DNA from: a virus
Taxonomy: Duplodnaviria > Caudoviricetes
DNA length: 30,514 bases
Direction: 5' to 3' (one strand)
IMG/VR virus record: IMGVR_UViG_3300025635_000116
Location: 1-30,514 of that record
A program made the position numbers and the translations under genes. The notes under the pieces are model-generated. The model ran no database searches. It saw only the letters and a list, made by a program, of their open reading frames with translations, and had not been told where the DNA came from. Of this stretch, positions 6,663 to 16,610 are shown piece after piece (positions within the stretch are counted from its first letter, which is position 1; each line of letters begins with the position of its first letter).

Positions 6663-6883
6663 TTGCGGCGGAGTTCGTCTTGAACTTGTTTCAATCGCTC
6701 CTCAATTCGGACAAGTAGCTCCCGGTCAGTGGCAGACTTGGCTTCCATCGCGGCTTGACGCTTCTCCACGGCCTCCATGCGCTGCGGCAGGATTAGCCAA
6801 GTCGAAGCAACCGAAGCGCAAACGCCCAGCACGCCGCTCCAAAACACCACGCCCTTGCCAACTCTTTGTATTTGCTCGCTCAT
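6659..6883 (-). CDS. Single-TM coiled-coil protein (holin/inner-spanin-like)
   Basis: One TM helix followed by a coiled coil; ATGA overlaps on both sides. Confidence 0.55.
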   Translation of the reverse strand: MSEQIQRVGKGVVFWSGVLGVCASVASTWLILPQRMEAVEKRQAAMEAKSATDRELLVRIEERLKQVQDELRRK

Positions 6884-7503
6884 GGCTTCCAATGCGCCGC
6901 AGTTTTGATGGCCGAGAGCTTCGCGGCAAAAGCCTCCTCGGCTGCTAAATCCCATTCCGCATTCTGTTTTGCGGCGTCACGGGATTTGTTGACCATGACG
7001 TAAACCTCGCGGGCTAGGTCAACAAATACAGGGACAAGCGCAATCCATGAGCCGGTTGAAACGGTGCGGCTTGATTCAGCCTCGGCAATCAAGTTGTCCG
7101 TCGCGCTTTCGGTGCCGCTCGCCGTCGCTTTAGGAATCCAGACGCGAACTTCGCCAACCAGAGCGTCAACGGCAGCAAGGGCCGTCATCAAGTCGGCTTC
7201 GTTTTTGGCGTTGCGGTTTACCTTGTAGGCTATGCGGAGACGGTTCGCGGATTCAAACGCGCCAATAGCCTTGCTACGCACGCGAGCGGCTATGTCTTGC
7301 ACTTCCTTCGGCACGTCTGCCCGGCGGCGATACTCAAAGGATAGGAAAGAGTCCACGGCAGCCAAAGCAACGGTTAGCGTCTGCTCCGTTCTGACTAGGG
7401 GCAACTGGCTGTTGGGTTGAACCGTCGCGCAGCCTGCCAAAATTAACGAAAGGACAACGGCGAATCCTTTGATAGCGTCACGGCTTGTTAATGTTTGCTT
7501 CAT
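6880..7503 (-). CDS. Lipoprotein, putative spanin-like
   Basis: Signal peptide with lipobox LAG-C; helical body; next to a holin-like gene. Confidence 0.6.
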   Translation of the reverse strand: MKQTLTSRDAIKGFAVVLSLILAGCATVQPNSQLPLVRTEQTLTVALAAVDSFLSFEYRRRADVPKEVQDIAARVRSKAIGAFESANRLRIAYKVNRNAKNEADLMTALAAVDALVGEVRVWIPKATASGTESATDNLIAEAESSRTVSTGSWIALVPVFVDLAREVYVMVNKSRDAAKQNAEWDLAAEEAFAAKLSAIKTAAHWKP

Positions 7504-7717
7504 TGTCGTTTTCACGTTTAGAGATTGATTGGTCAACGTAGGCGCGGAGTGCGGTCGCCCCGCCAATCAGCGCACCAATGCCGGTTCTGAACCATTCAAG
7601 GCTAGTCCAGTCGCCCCAATGTTCAAGAGCTTCGGTTTGGACAAGAAACGCGCTGCCTGTCGCAATCCAAAAATACAATTGCGCCCGCAGGTCTAGGAAA
7701 AGGGCAAAACGAGTCAT
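7478..7717 (-). CDS. Putative holin (2 TM)
   Basis: 79 aa, two hydrophobic segments, charged C-tail; follows the tail fibre genes. Confidence 0.55.
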   Translation of the reverse strand: MTRFALFLDLRAQLYFWIATGSAFLVQTEALEHWGDWTSLEWFRTGIGALIGGATALRAYVDQSISKRENDNEANINKP

Positions 7718-8025
7718 ATAATTAGCTTAACAATACGTTTCAACCCAAGCTCCGCAAGAACGGCATCAGGATAACCCGGCTGAGAGCCTACGTCATATTT
7801 CCGCCACACGATTCCCTTGTCAGGATTCGCAGTCATTAACGCCGCAACGGCGGCGTCATTTGCTTCACTCAGCTTGACCGCGCACCATCCGTGCGTAGCT
7901 GGCTCTTGGCCGTTGACCGACAATGCCAAAACCAAAGCGGCCCCGCCATTGCCAAGCGCATTTGCCCTGTCGTTAAACCAAGCTACGCTTTGGGATGGGC
8001 AAATAAATATGGAATGTTGGCTCAT
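7714..8025 (-). CDS. Hypothetical protein, possible fibre-associated/assembly protein
   Basis: ATGA-coupled downstream of the LamG-like gene. Confidence 0.6.
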   Translation of the reverse strand: MSQHSIFICPSQSVAWFNDRANALGNGGAALVLALSVNGQEPATHGWCAVKLSEANDAAVAALMTANPDKGIVWRKYDVGSQPGYPDAVLAELGLKRIVKLII

Positions 8026-8804
8026 GGCGTTCCCCATTTTGCTCGCAAATATCTCTCTACGGACTGTCGGCTATCCACACTAAGCGCGGTGTCATAAACA
8101 ATTACCTCGCCCAAATCTCCTGAAAAGTGTTCGCCTGCCGCACGGTTCCCAATTCTTCCAAATCTAAAAGCCCCAGTTACCGGATTTGCAAAAGTTGAAT
8201 CAGAGCCATTTGTTCCAAATGAAGCGGTTCCGCTTGATGCTGTAAACCTCCATGTCGCTGCGGTTGCAGGGTCGGCGGCAATGTTTCCGGCAAATGATCC
8301 GTTTTCGTTTTGCAAAGTTCCCCCGAACGTTGTGTAGATGCCCATGTAACTGCTGCCCGCGCCCTCTGCGCCAAAAAGCACGCCCTGAGAACCGGCTGCC
8401 CGCTTTACCACCGCAAAGACAGTGTAGTTTGTGAGTGACAGCGGGGTTGATATGTCAAAAAAGTCATCAACTCCATCGCCCCTGACAATTGGCAATCCAT
8501 TTATCTCTCCGGTTTCATAAGTAAATCGCTTGCTTGCGGTTGATTGCGTTGCCGTGTTTGAGTTGCCGCTTAGGTCAAACCAGTTAGTAACTGAGTCTCC
8601 GTCAGAAAGTCCGGTGATTTGCGAGGCGTCAAACCAAAGTTTGAGTCCCTGCAAATTTGTGGGACTAAATGAAGCCGCCGAAACAAGCCTAAACCCAATT
8701 GGTCCAGCTTGCGTTTCGTGCGTGAATTCACGCCACAAAACAAACGGCGATGCTATGCAAACGCATAAAAAAGCCGCCGCGATTAGACTGCGAATAAACT
8801 TCAT
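8022..8804 (-). CDS. LamG/concanavalin A-like lectin-domain protein with N-terminal signal sequence
   Basis: LKLWFDAS...WFDLSGN...FSGDLGEVIVYDTALS...VERYLRAKW pattern; N-terminus MKFIRSLIAAAFLCVCIA. Confidence 0.75.
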   Translation of the reverse strand: MKFIRSLIAAAFLCVCIASPFVLWREFTHETQAGPIGFRLVSAASFSPTNLQGLKLWFDASQITGLSDGDSVTNWFDLSGNSNTATQSTASKRFTYETGEINGLPIVRGDGVDDFFDISTPLSLTNYTVFAVVKRAAGSQGVLFGAEGAGSSYMGIYTTFGGTLQNENGSFAGNIAADPATAATWRFTASSGTASFGTNGSDSTFANPVTGAFRFGRIGNRAAGEHFSGDLGEVIVYDTALSVDSRQSVERYLRAKWGTP

Positions 8805-9337
8805 TGAAACTTCGCGTTATGCACTGCGAAAATGTTTGTTCCGTATGGGCAGGCGATACATGAAAGCACGTCGTAAGCGTTGGCGTTTGTCGTAATGCTT
8901 GGCTGCGTTCCGCTTGGAAATTTCCAGTAGTTTGTATTGAACGTGACCGCCCGCGTCCCAGTGCTATCTTGCTGCAAAATCACAGTGAAAGACGCGCCAG
9001 CAACCAAGCTGCTAGGCTGCGCGAAGTATGCCGTGTTAGTCAGGCTGACAAAGTGAAGCGACTTGCTCGCGTCAACTGTCAGGTTTGTTCCGCTAGAATA
9101 TGACAGCGTTTGCTGTGTGCTGCCGTAGCCCGCACCGGAAAAGACGCTGGACGAATTCGTAACCGTAGCCGCTCCGGTAACGCGCAGCGTGCCAGTTGCA
9201 ACGGCATTGGAGTTGAGAATAAACACGTTTGTTAGCCCGCCGGGAAAAAGCCGGTTAGTGCTATCGGTCAAAACAGGATAAGTCGTAGCCGCCGAAAGCG
9301 TCAGGCAGCTAATTAGGAGTGCGAGAAAGGTTTTCAC
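8801..9337 (-). CDS. Tail-fibre-type beta-domain protein with signal peptide
   Basis: ILQQDSTGTRAVTF...WKFPSGTQPSITT...DVLS motif seen in phage fibres; N-terminus MKTFLALLISCLTLSA. Confidence 0.65.
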   Translation of the reverse strand: MKTFLALLISCLTLSAATTYPVLTDSTNRLFPGGLTNVFILNSNAVATGTLRVTGAATVTNSSSVFSGAGYGSTQQTLSYSSGTNLTVDASKSLHFVSLTNTAYFAQPSSLVAGASFTVILQQDSTGTRAVTFNTNYWKFPSGTQPSITTNANAYDVLSCIACPYGTNIFAVHNAKFQ

Positions 9338-10389
9338 GATTCAGAAACTTCGGTTGTGTAAATGGTGGCACACCATCGGATTGTCTTTGCGTTTTCTCCG
9401 GTCACACGCACGCGCAGGCTGCCGTTTGTGGTGTCAGCATCAACCGCAACCGCCCAAGCCGTCGCGCCAATTTGGTTGGCCTGTAATGCGTCAAGGGTTG
9501 TGCTGGCCGCATTAGCGTCGCGGTGAATCAAGCCCTTGAATTCCCAGCCGTCATTCTCACCGTCGGCATCTGACCGGCGAGCGGAGACAAGAATGATGAA
9601 TGCGTAAGTTGAATCGTTACGCAAGACGCACTTCTGCCCCGTTGAACCGTCCCAAGTCAGTTCCGTTTGGGTCGCATCCGAGGTGCTTGCATGAATGACA
9701 AACACACCCGATTGCCTTTGGCCTGCGCTTGCAAATGCTCCGAACGTAATTTTACCGTCAAATTCAGATTTTGAACCCGTGCCAAAAGCGAAAGAATAAT
9801 TTCCAGATGCAAGCCCCGAAAACGCAACCGAACGGGAACCGGATGCAGTTCCGCCATGGGAAAACGATGTTGCTCCAGAAGCTGTGCCTGCGCCAAATGC
9901 CACCGATTCTTGGCCGCTTGCCGTTCCGTTTTTTCCGGCCACAAAAGAACCCTCGCCGCTTGCAACCTCGCTTGCATTGTTCCGCGAGGTTTGCAGGTCA
10001 ATCGCATAGTTTCCGCGATTGTTTCCCCCCGCTGCTGTTCCATCGGCAACTTGAAGCTGAAAAGCCCCCGTTCCTTTCGGAGTAAGAATTGCGGAGACGT
10101 TTGTGCCGCTTGATGGAATCCATTGCGCGTAAGTTTTCCCCGAATAGGTGCCGCCCGTTTCTGACCAATTCGTCAAAGATGCAACCTCTTTCCAAGCTGA
10201 GTTTGAATATTGTTCAACCCGCGCATTCGTCGTGTTGTAAATTACCATCCCGTTCGCAGGCGTGAGCGCGTCGCGCTGCGTGGTGGTCAGGGAAATCAGT
10301 TTTAAGCCAGCGTGATTCGTGCCACTGAAGTTAAGCTGGCCGGTAAGCGTGCCGCCGCCGAGTTGTAGTTTGCGCGTCGGGTTGCTCAT
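9334..10389 (-). CDS. Tail fibre / adhesin with YadA-head-like repeats
   Basis: Repeated ASGxxSxAxG units; LTTTQRDAL...GMVIYNTT fibre motif. Confidence 0.75.
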   Translation of the reverse strand: MSNPTRKLQLGGGTLTGQLNFSGTNHAGLKLISLTTTQRDALTPANGMVIYNTTNARVEQYSNSAWKEVASLTNWSETGGTYSGKTYAQWIPSSGTNVSAILTPKGTGAFQLQVADGTAAGGNNRGNYAIDLQTSRNNASEVASGEGSFVAGKNGTASGQESVAFGAGTASGATSFSHGGTASGSRSVAFSGLASGNYSFAFGTGSKSEFDGKITFGAFASAGQRQSGVFVIHASTSDATQTELTWDGSTGQKCVLRNDSTYAFIILVSARRSDADGENDGWEFKGLIHRDANAASTTLDALQANQIGATAWAVAVDADTTNGSLRVRVTGENAKTIRWCATIYTTEVSES

Positions 10390-11933
10390 TCAACGTAGTA
10401 GGCTCCGGTTTCAATCCATGCGCTCCCGTCGTAAGTGTATTCCGCGCACACTGGAATTCCGCTAGCTTCGCCCGTAATCGTGGTCAATAGCGTGCCTCCA
10501 CTGGTGGCGTTACGCACTTCAACAACTGGGTTTGTGCTGGCTGGCATCGCAAATCGAATGACAACTCTATCGCCTTCGCTGGCGTTGGCCGTCAGCAATG
10601 ATACCGTGCGCGTGTAGCTGCCCGCGCCCGCGCTAACGGTAGCCAACACGGAATGCGTTGCGGAATTAGTACCGGGCGTTATGTCGGTATTGCCAGCCGC
10701 CGAAAAGCTGACGGCTTCGTAACTGGACGCACTTGCCGCCGAAACGCTTTGCAGTTTCCAGACCCGCTCGTTTGTCGAGCTTGCGTAATCATCCGGCCTG
10801 ATAATATCCGGTGAGCTTTCCGCGTCCGTGCCGGTTTCTAGGCGGTAAAAGTAAAGCACGCCCGAAACGTCAAACGCGACAAGGCTGTTGGTCGCAATCG
10901 TTGGCAGTGCAGTTGTGCCGGTTGCCAGTCCGTCAAGTGCCGTGCCGCCGCCGGTCAACGCCGTGACTGCGTAGCGATTTTGAGCGAACTCAAGCCGCGA
11001 TTCAGCCGCCGTCAAATAGCTTGGCAGCGGAGTTGGGATAGTTGCCTCTTCGTCAACGACTTCGTGCCGGACGGTGCAATCAACCTGCCCGACGGTGCGG
11101 ATGTTATTTGAGCCGTCAACAAGCTGAAGCTCAAGCGTCAGAGGCACGCTTCCCGCGCCGTCCAATGCCTCAAGCAAGCCGCGAGTGTTTAGGTCAAGCC
11201 TCGCATTCCAACCATTAGTGATTTGCGCCCAAGTCGTTTGGAGTGCGTAAGGAACCTGACTCAGCCGAATGAGTTGCTGCTCGGTAACGGTTGACGTGCC
11301 TGCCCGAATCGTTGAAACGACAACGGATGAAGCCGGTGTAAGGCCAGAGCCGCCGCCAATCAGCGCGGACTTGTTGCCGGTTGTCGTCCATTCAATCTTC
11401 CAGACGGGGGCGTCACCGGATTTTGTAACGGTGACAGCCCCCGTCGTGATTGCTTCCGTAGCCTCAAGAGCCGCAAGCAAGGTGGCCGCAGTTGCGGAAT
11501 AGGCAACGTCCGTTGTGATTTCAACCAGTGTTGAACCGTTTGCCCAGCTAGTCGGCAGTCCGTTGTTTTTGGTAAAGATTTCGCCGGTTTCGTTTGTCGT
11601 CGCGCCTACGTTCGTGAAATCGTCCCCTGCGACATAGTTCTGAATGTAGTAACGGGAATTGTTGTGGAGCGTCCCCGACGTAGCAGATGAAACGCCAAGC
11701 CAGAATGTTCCACCGTCAGGAGCCGCGCCCGGTCTGCCGATTGCCAGCCAAGGCGTAACGGTTGCGCTGCCGCTGTCCGCATCGTAACCGCCCGCGCCGT
11801 CCGTGACGTAAAGATTGACCTCGGGGTTGTCGCCCAAAATGAAAACCGGACGCTGCCCCGGCTGCTGCCTCAAAGCATCGCGGACAAGCGCACTTGCCGG
11901 GTCGCTTGCTGATGCGTTGAAGTAGAGATTCAT
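10386..11933 (-). CDS. Tail fibre / baseplate-associated structural protein, 515 aa
   Basis: T/S/G/A-rich beta composition, GDDFTNVGA and IIRPDDY motifs; position in the tail module. Confidence 0.65.
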   Translation of the reverse strand: MNLYFNASASDPASALVRDALRQQPGQRPVFILGDNPEVNLYVTDGAGGYDADSGSATVTPWLAIGRPGAAPDGGTFWLGVSSATSGTLHNNSRYYIQNYVAGDDFTNVGATTNETGEIFTKNNGLPTSWANGSTLVEITTDVAYSATAATLLAALEATEAITTGAVTVTKSGDAPVWKIEWTTTGNKSALIGGGSGLTPASSVVVSTIRAGTSTVTEQQLIRLSQVPYALQTTWAQITNGWNARLDLNTRGLLEALDGAGSVPLTLELQLVDGSNNIRTVGQVDCTVRHEVVDEEATIPTPLPSYLTAAESRLEFAQNRYAVTALTGGGTALDGLATGTTALPTIATNSLVAFDVSGVLYFYRLETGTDAESSPDIIRPDDYASSTNERVWKLQSVSAASASSYEAVSFSAAGNTDITPGTNSATHSVLATVSAGAGSYTRTVSLLTANASEGDRVVIRFAMPASTNPVVEVRNATSGGTLLTTITGEASGIPVCAEYTYDGSAWIETGAYYVE

Positions 11934-11976
11934 TTGCGCCGGTTAAGTTGTCATTACTTGCGCTTATCGTCAAGCA

Positions 11977-13344
11977 TTACGGCCACTCCAAATCGGTAAG
12001 CCGGTTTCCGTCTTGGTCAATGAAAACAAGATACGGCGCAGGCTCGCCCAAGTATTCGGTAAACTCGCCGCAAACAATGATCTGGTGCGTGCCGTCGTTG
12101 CGTTGCCTGAAATACTTCGCGTCAGTTATCACGCCGTTAAAGTCGCCCGGCGGAATGATTTTGTAGAGCGAGTCAAAAATTAGATAAAGCGTGTCGTATG
12201 CGTTGCTGGTGAAAATGTAATCCCCAACGGTAGGCCCGCAAGCCAGCGGCTGCTGCTGCTGTCCGAATAGCGGAGAAGGAATCCAAGCCAACAAATCGGT
12301 GCCAAGCAAGCTGCCGTCCGTTTCAAGTGAAACAATTTCAGTGAACGGAGGCAGAATGCTTCCGTAGGTTGTGCCGTTCCATTCAGGAAAGAAAAACCGG
12401 AAGCTCTGGCGGTCTGACGGAATAAACGGCGGAATCGGATTTGATGCAGACGAATTGCCGCCAGTTCCGGCATTAGCTTCCCAAGTCGCATTCAATGTTA
12501 TTCCGCCCGCCGCGCTTGCGGTTATTGCGTGAACTTTTGGGTTTGGGTTTGCAGCATTGTTTTCAAACAGGTAGCCATTGCCCGGCTTCGCGCACAGCCA
12601 AAAGTAAGAACTGGCAGAACCGTTTGAAAACACATAGTCGCCGGGACTGGTTTCAACCACGTTGCCGTCCGTGTCAAAAAGCATGATGCCGGGGTCTCCG
12701 CCCGACAAAACGCCAGCCGACAAGGCAATGGTGTCGCCATCGCTTGCAATGCCGGTCATGGAGTCGTCACGATAGCCCGGCGCGACGGATTCAACACTTG
12801 CCCAAGGCGAGAATAGTCTTTGGCCGGTTGTCGGATTTGCCGCCCAAAATACGCCATTGTTTCCGTCTAACCAAGTTGAGTCAGAAGTTTGCCCAAGGAA
12901 TAGCATCGCCCCCGTTGCTGGCACTTTCGCCATGCGCTGCTGTAAATACTGACCGCCGGTTGCAAGATTAATTCCTCCATTGGCCGCAAATTGGGCGTCG
13001 GCTACGGTGCGCGAGCCGCTCCATTTCAGCCGGGCAATCCGTTTAGTGTTGACGGTGCCGGTCTGTGTAAATGGCCCCGTCAGAAAGATTGCCGAAGGCG
13101 CAGCATTTACGTCATAGTCATCCGCTCCGGTTGGCCGGTAAACGTAAATCTGCCAGACCGGGCCGTTGAATTCCAAAGACGCTGAACCTATGGCGGCAGT
13201 TGAGCTAATTCGCCAAGGCTCCCCCTTGGTCAACCGCAATCCCGGCCCGGCTTCACTTCCCCAAATGCGATTCACCTCGCTGGCAATCAGATTCCAGTCG
13301 GACGCGGACACCAAGTCACCTTCTTTGAACTTGGGCAAAATCAT
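11977..13344 (-). CDS. Minor tail / tail-tip protein, 455 aa
   Basis: Position after the tape-measure module; G/P/aromatic-rich beta composition. Confidence 0.6.
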   Translation of the reverse strand: MILPKFKEGDLVSASDWNLIASEVNRIWGSEAGPGLRLTKGEPWRISSTAAIGSASLEFNGPVWQIYVYRPTGADDYDVNAAPSAIFLTGPFTQTGTVNTKRIARLKWSGSRTVADAQFAANGGINLATGGQYLQQRMAKVPATGAMLFLGQTSDSTWLDGNNGVFWAANPTTGQRLFSPWASVESVAPGYRDDSMTGIASDGDTIALSAGVLSGGDPGIMLFDTDGNVVETSPGDYVFSNGSASSYFWLCAKPGNGYLFENNAANPNPKVHAITASAAGGITLNATWEANAGTGGNSSASNPIPPFIPSDRQSFRFFFPEWNGTTYGSILPPFTEIVSLETDGSLLGTDLLAWIPSPLFGQQQQPLACGPTVGDYIFTSNAYDTLYLIFDSLYKIIPPGDFNGVITDAKYFRQRNDGTHQIIVCGEFTEYLGEPAPYLVFIDQDGNRLTDLEWP

Positions 13345-13535
13345 TCTTCAACCACGATGCGGAAGCCTGAGTCAGACTTCACAATTTTGAGCGGAGGTTC
13401 TGCTTGAATGTTTGAAAACGCTTCAATCTTGCGAACCATGAAGTTGAGCCATGCGGCAGATAAAGGCCAAGCCGGGTCGCCTTCGCTAACCATTGGCAAC
13501 TGTCCTGAAATATCACTTGGCGGCTCTTGAATCAT
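13341..13535 (-). CDS. Small minor tail protein, 64 aa
   Basis: ATGA-coupled on both sides; resembles the N-terminus of the next gene (EGD...SAxxxN). Confidence 0.6.
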   Translation of the reverse strand: MIQEPPSDISGQLPMVSEGDPAWPLSAAWLNFMVRKIEAFSNIQAEPPLKIVKSDSGFRIVVEE

Positions 13536-14404
13536 ATCGCCTTTACGTAGCGTGTGGCACGCTCGTAAATGTTACCAAGCCAGCGGCGCGGAATTGACCG
13601 CACGACGCAAACGTATTCGCCCGCCGCAACCTTACTGCGCCAAGTGGCAAGGGTTGGCGTTGTGGTAGCAGTAAAGCTCGCCGTCTGCCGCCCGGTGTTG
13701 TCGTAGATGGTCAACGGCGCAAGCTCTGGAATGTCTTGCGGCGAATCAATGCCAGCCGACACGCCGGGAAGGAAATAGTCCAACTGCAAAACGCTTCCGA
13801 CTTCTTCGGTGTAGGGGTCGCGCCCCGGCTCAACTTTTTTCAGGGTGCTGTAAGTAATTGTCCCGCCCGGCTCCGAAATCAGGTCAACATTGATGGTCGT
13901 GCCGCTAGTGCCAGAGAGGCAGGTCCGTAGCACGTCGCGCCCGTATTGAGTGCCTGTCACTCCGTCGGTGAACGTGTAGGACACAAGCACGGAGTCGCCT
14001 ACGCCCGCCGTTGAACTTGTCGCGGTGACAAGCGTCGTGACTCCCGCCGCGCTGCTGTTGCTGGAAATTGATACGGACGAATAAACCGCTTCCGTGCCAA
14101 TGCCGGGAACTGTCCACGAATAGGATTCAAACCGTTGACGGCTTGCCGGTATGCGAGCATAGGTGCGAGTCCATTTTACCACGCCACCGCCTAGCGCGTC
14201 CAAAGGGCTTTCGCTCACTAGGTATGCGTCTTTGATGGTGTCGTGCGGCGTATCAAGTGGCAGCGGCGTGAAGTCATCTTCAAATTGCTGGTAGTCTTGC
14301 TCAAAAACTATCTGTGCAAAGTCGTCATCAAACGGCCTAAGCCATCGCTTAGGTCCGTCAATTTGCGCCGTGCTTAAATTGCCGTCTTGGAAGGTGTAGC
14401 TCAT
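13532..14404 (-). CDS. Minor tail protein (distal-tail position)
   Basis: Directly follows the tape-measure gene. Confidence 0.6.
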   Translation of the reverse strand: MSYTFQDGNLSTAQIDGPKRWLRPFDDDFAQIVFEQDYQQFEDDFTPLPLDTPHDTIKDAYLVSESPLDALGGGVVKWTRTYARIPASRQRFESYSWTVPGIGTEAVYSSVSISSNSSAAGVTTLVTATSSTAGVGDSVLVSYTFTDGVTGTQYGRDVLRTCLSGTSGTTINVDLISEPGGTITYSTLKKVEPGRDPYTEEVGSVLQLDYFLPGVSAGIDSPQDIPELAPLTIYDNTGRQTASFTATTTPTLATWRSKVAAGEYVCVVRSIPRRWLGNIYERATRYVKAI

Positions 14405-15987
14405 GGTGCCATCGCTATTTGAGAATTGAGCTTGTTGCCGTCAACAATGCATTTCGCAAGAGCCTTTGTTGCCGTGCTTACTTTCTGTAACTCTAGGAGT
14501 TGTTTGATTTGCTCACTGCTTTGCAAGCGGTCAAGGCCAGCCATAATCAATTCGGCTTGGGTTTGGGTTGAAATTGCATCTTCAACGAAACCGCGCTGCC
14601 GTTGCGCCATTGCTTTTCTTTTTAATGGAACGACCTGATTCTGGTAAATTGCAGCCTGACGCCTTGTCTCTGGGTCAAGAATTCCGCGCAAGTTTGCGTT
14701 AGCAAAATCCTGTTCGGTGTAAAGCATCTTATCACGAATGGTTTCGCCCGCGCCAACCATTAACCCCCTAGCCCTAAGAACCGCTTGCTCCAAATCGCGC
14801 TTAAAGCCTTGGTCAATTTGGTCAATCGCATCCTGCTGCTCCTTCGCTATGTCTGCGCGTTCCTTGTCTATGTTTTTTTGAATCTTGGCGATCTGAACCA
14901 TTCTTTCGTGAACCTCCAACTGTTTTTGCGAACGCTCAAGCTGCGTTTTGTTCCTATCATTGGCTTCGTCTTCCAAGTCAAGAATTTCAAGTTTGAGCAT
15001 CCGAATTTTCTCGCTGTCGTCTGCTTCCTCAAAAACAAGGTCGCGTGTTTTTTCTTTGATTGTTAGCGTGTCCTTCTCGTCTTTGAGCCTTCGCTTTTCC
15101 GATTCTTCGGTTTGCTTTGCCAGAACGGAACGGTTTCGTTCGCGCCGCTCCATTTCTTCAGTGAACGAACGTGGACGGCCTTTGCCGCTTTTTTCTTCTC
15201 TGCCAAAAATTGAGTCAATAACCGCTTTGTCGCTTGCCGGGCCTGCTCCAAAAATTCCCGCTTTGCCCGCTGACAACGCCCCAAGCGCACGGAAAGGAAT
15301 GCCTGCCGCTCTAGTAGCAAACCCAGCAATGCTAGCAAGCGGTCCAGTTGTGTTTGATTTTAGGGCCTCTCTGGCGTCAATCAACGCCTGCATATTCTTG
15401 TCACTTACAACCCAGCCGAATGATTGCAGCTTTTTTTGATACGCTTCTATGCCGCCAGAGCCTTCCGCCAGAATGTTATTTATTTGCCGTCCTTGTTTCC
15501 CAAAGAACTCAAAAGCAAGGGCCGCCTTAGTCGCCGCGTCAGTAGCTTGACCGTAACGGTCGGCAATGTTTTTGAAAACTTCTTCGGTTGTTTTGGCTTC
15601 TCCGTTGATGTCATAAAGAGAAATCCCAAACTTGTCGAACTTCTCCAACGCCTCCCCGCCCTCAAGCCTAGCTTGGCCCATTGTCTCGGCCAGCTTCATT
15701 AGTGAGCCATTTGCGGCTTCAGAGCTTGAGCCAAACTTAACCGCCATTTTTTGCATCGTCTGCAAAAAGCCAGCCGAAACTCCCAAGTCTTCGGATGTCC
15801 TCTTTATTTCAATCATCCGGTCTGAAATGGATTTCAGCCCTTCAAATATCGCTCCAAATGTAAAAGCCTGTCGCCAGCTTGCCGCAGTCTCAGAGGCAAA
15901 CTTTTTCATGTCAGCCCTGACGGACGTAACTCCGCGCTTGAATGCGGTGCCGTCAAACCCTAGCTTAAATTTGATGTCCTCGCTCAT
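14401..15987 (-). CDS. Tail tape measure protein, 528 aa
   Basis: Helical; N-terminal KLGFDGTAFKRG; KAALAFEFFGKQG TMP motif; coiled coil; synteny. Confidence 0.85.
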   Translation of the reverse strand: MSEDIKFKLGFDGTAFKRGVTSVRADMKKFASETAASWRQAFTFGAIFEGLKSISDRMIEIKRTSEDLGVSAGFLQTMQKMAVKFGSSSEAANGSLMKLAETMGQARLEGGEALEKFDKFGISLYDINGEAKTTEEVFKNIADRYGQATDAATKAALAFEFFGKQGRQINNILAEGSGGIEAYQKKLQSFGWVVSDKNMQALIDAREALKSNTTGPLASIAGFATRAAGIPFRALGALSAGKAGIFGAGPASDKAVIDSIFGREEKSGKGRPRSFTEEMERRERNRSVLAKQTEESEKRRLKDEKDTLTIKEKTRDLVFEEADDSEKIRMLKLEILDLEDEANDRNKTQLERSQKQLEVHERMVQIAKIQKNIDKERADIAKEQQDAIDQIDQGFKRDLEQAVLRARGLMVGAGETIRDKMLYTEQDFANANLRGILDPETRRQAAIYQNQVVPLKRKAMAQRQRGFVEDAISTQTQAELIMAGLDRLQSSEQIKQLLELQKVSTATKALAKCIVDGNKLNSQIAMAP

Positions 15988-16574
15988 TAGTTTTTGGCCT
16001 CTGCCATCATTCGCGCAATGCCCTTTGCCCGCGCCTCGTCGCTCAACTTGTTCGCCATTGGCTCCTTATCGCTGCTACGCATCCGTATCACGCGGAGGTA
16101 TTGAAAGACGCAAGCAATGGGCAGGTCTAGAACTTCGCGTTGCTGCCATCCGTATTCACGCGCAAGCACGTCAACCAAAGACGCCAGCCAACTGTTAAAC
16201 GTCTCGCCGCGCTTGCCGCCGCCCTCTGGCGAGTCAAGGAAGGTGGCGTTGACAAATGCCTCAATTTCATCGCAGCACGTCTTGAAATTGCGCCAACCGA
16301 AGTCAACGGCAAAGCGGCGCATGGCTTTTTCATCGGCCAGACTGCCGCCCTTTAGCACGTAGATGAACTGCGGAATATGCTCTGGTAGCACGTCTCCGCC
16401 CGTCACAAACCCGTTGCCGCAATGCGTCAGCAAGGCTAAATGCCGGGCCGTCATTGGCTTGACGACGTGTCCACACAAGACGGCCTCAAGCTCTAGGAAC
16501 GCAAAGTCCCGAAGCCGGTCCTGCTTTTGGCAGGCTTCGACATACTCGGGAAGGTGAGCAAAGCGCGGATTCAC
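15987..16574 (-). CDS. Tail assembly chaperone-like protein
   Basis: Lies between tail tube and TMP; LAREYGW...VLDLP motif typical of chaperones. Confidence 0.65.
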   Translation of the reverse strand: MNPRFAHLPEYVEACQKQDRLRDFAFLELEAVLCGHVVKPMTARHLALLTHCGNGFVTGGDVLPEHIPQFIYVLKGGSLADEKAMRRFAVDFGWRNFKTCCDEIEAFVNATFLDSPEGGGKRGETFNSWLASLVDVLAREYGWQQREVLDLPIACVFQYLRVIRMRSSDKEPMANKLSDEARAKGIARMMAEAKN

Positions 16575-16610
16575 GGCATGAAAAGCCGCACGGGTTTCCC
16601 CGCGTCCGGC

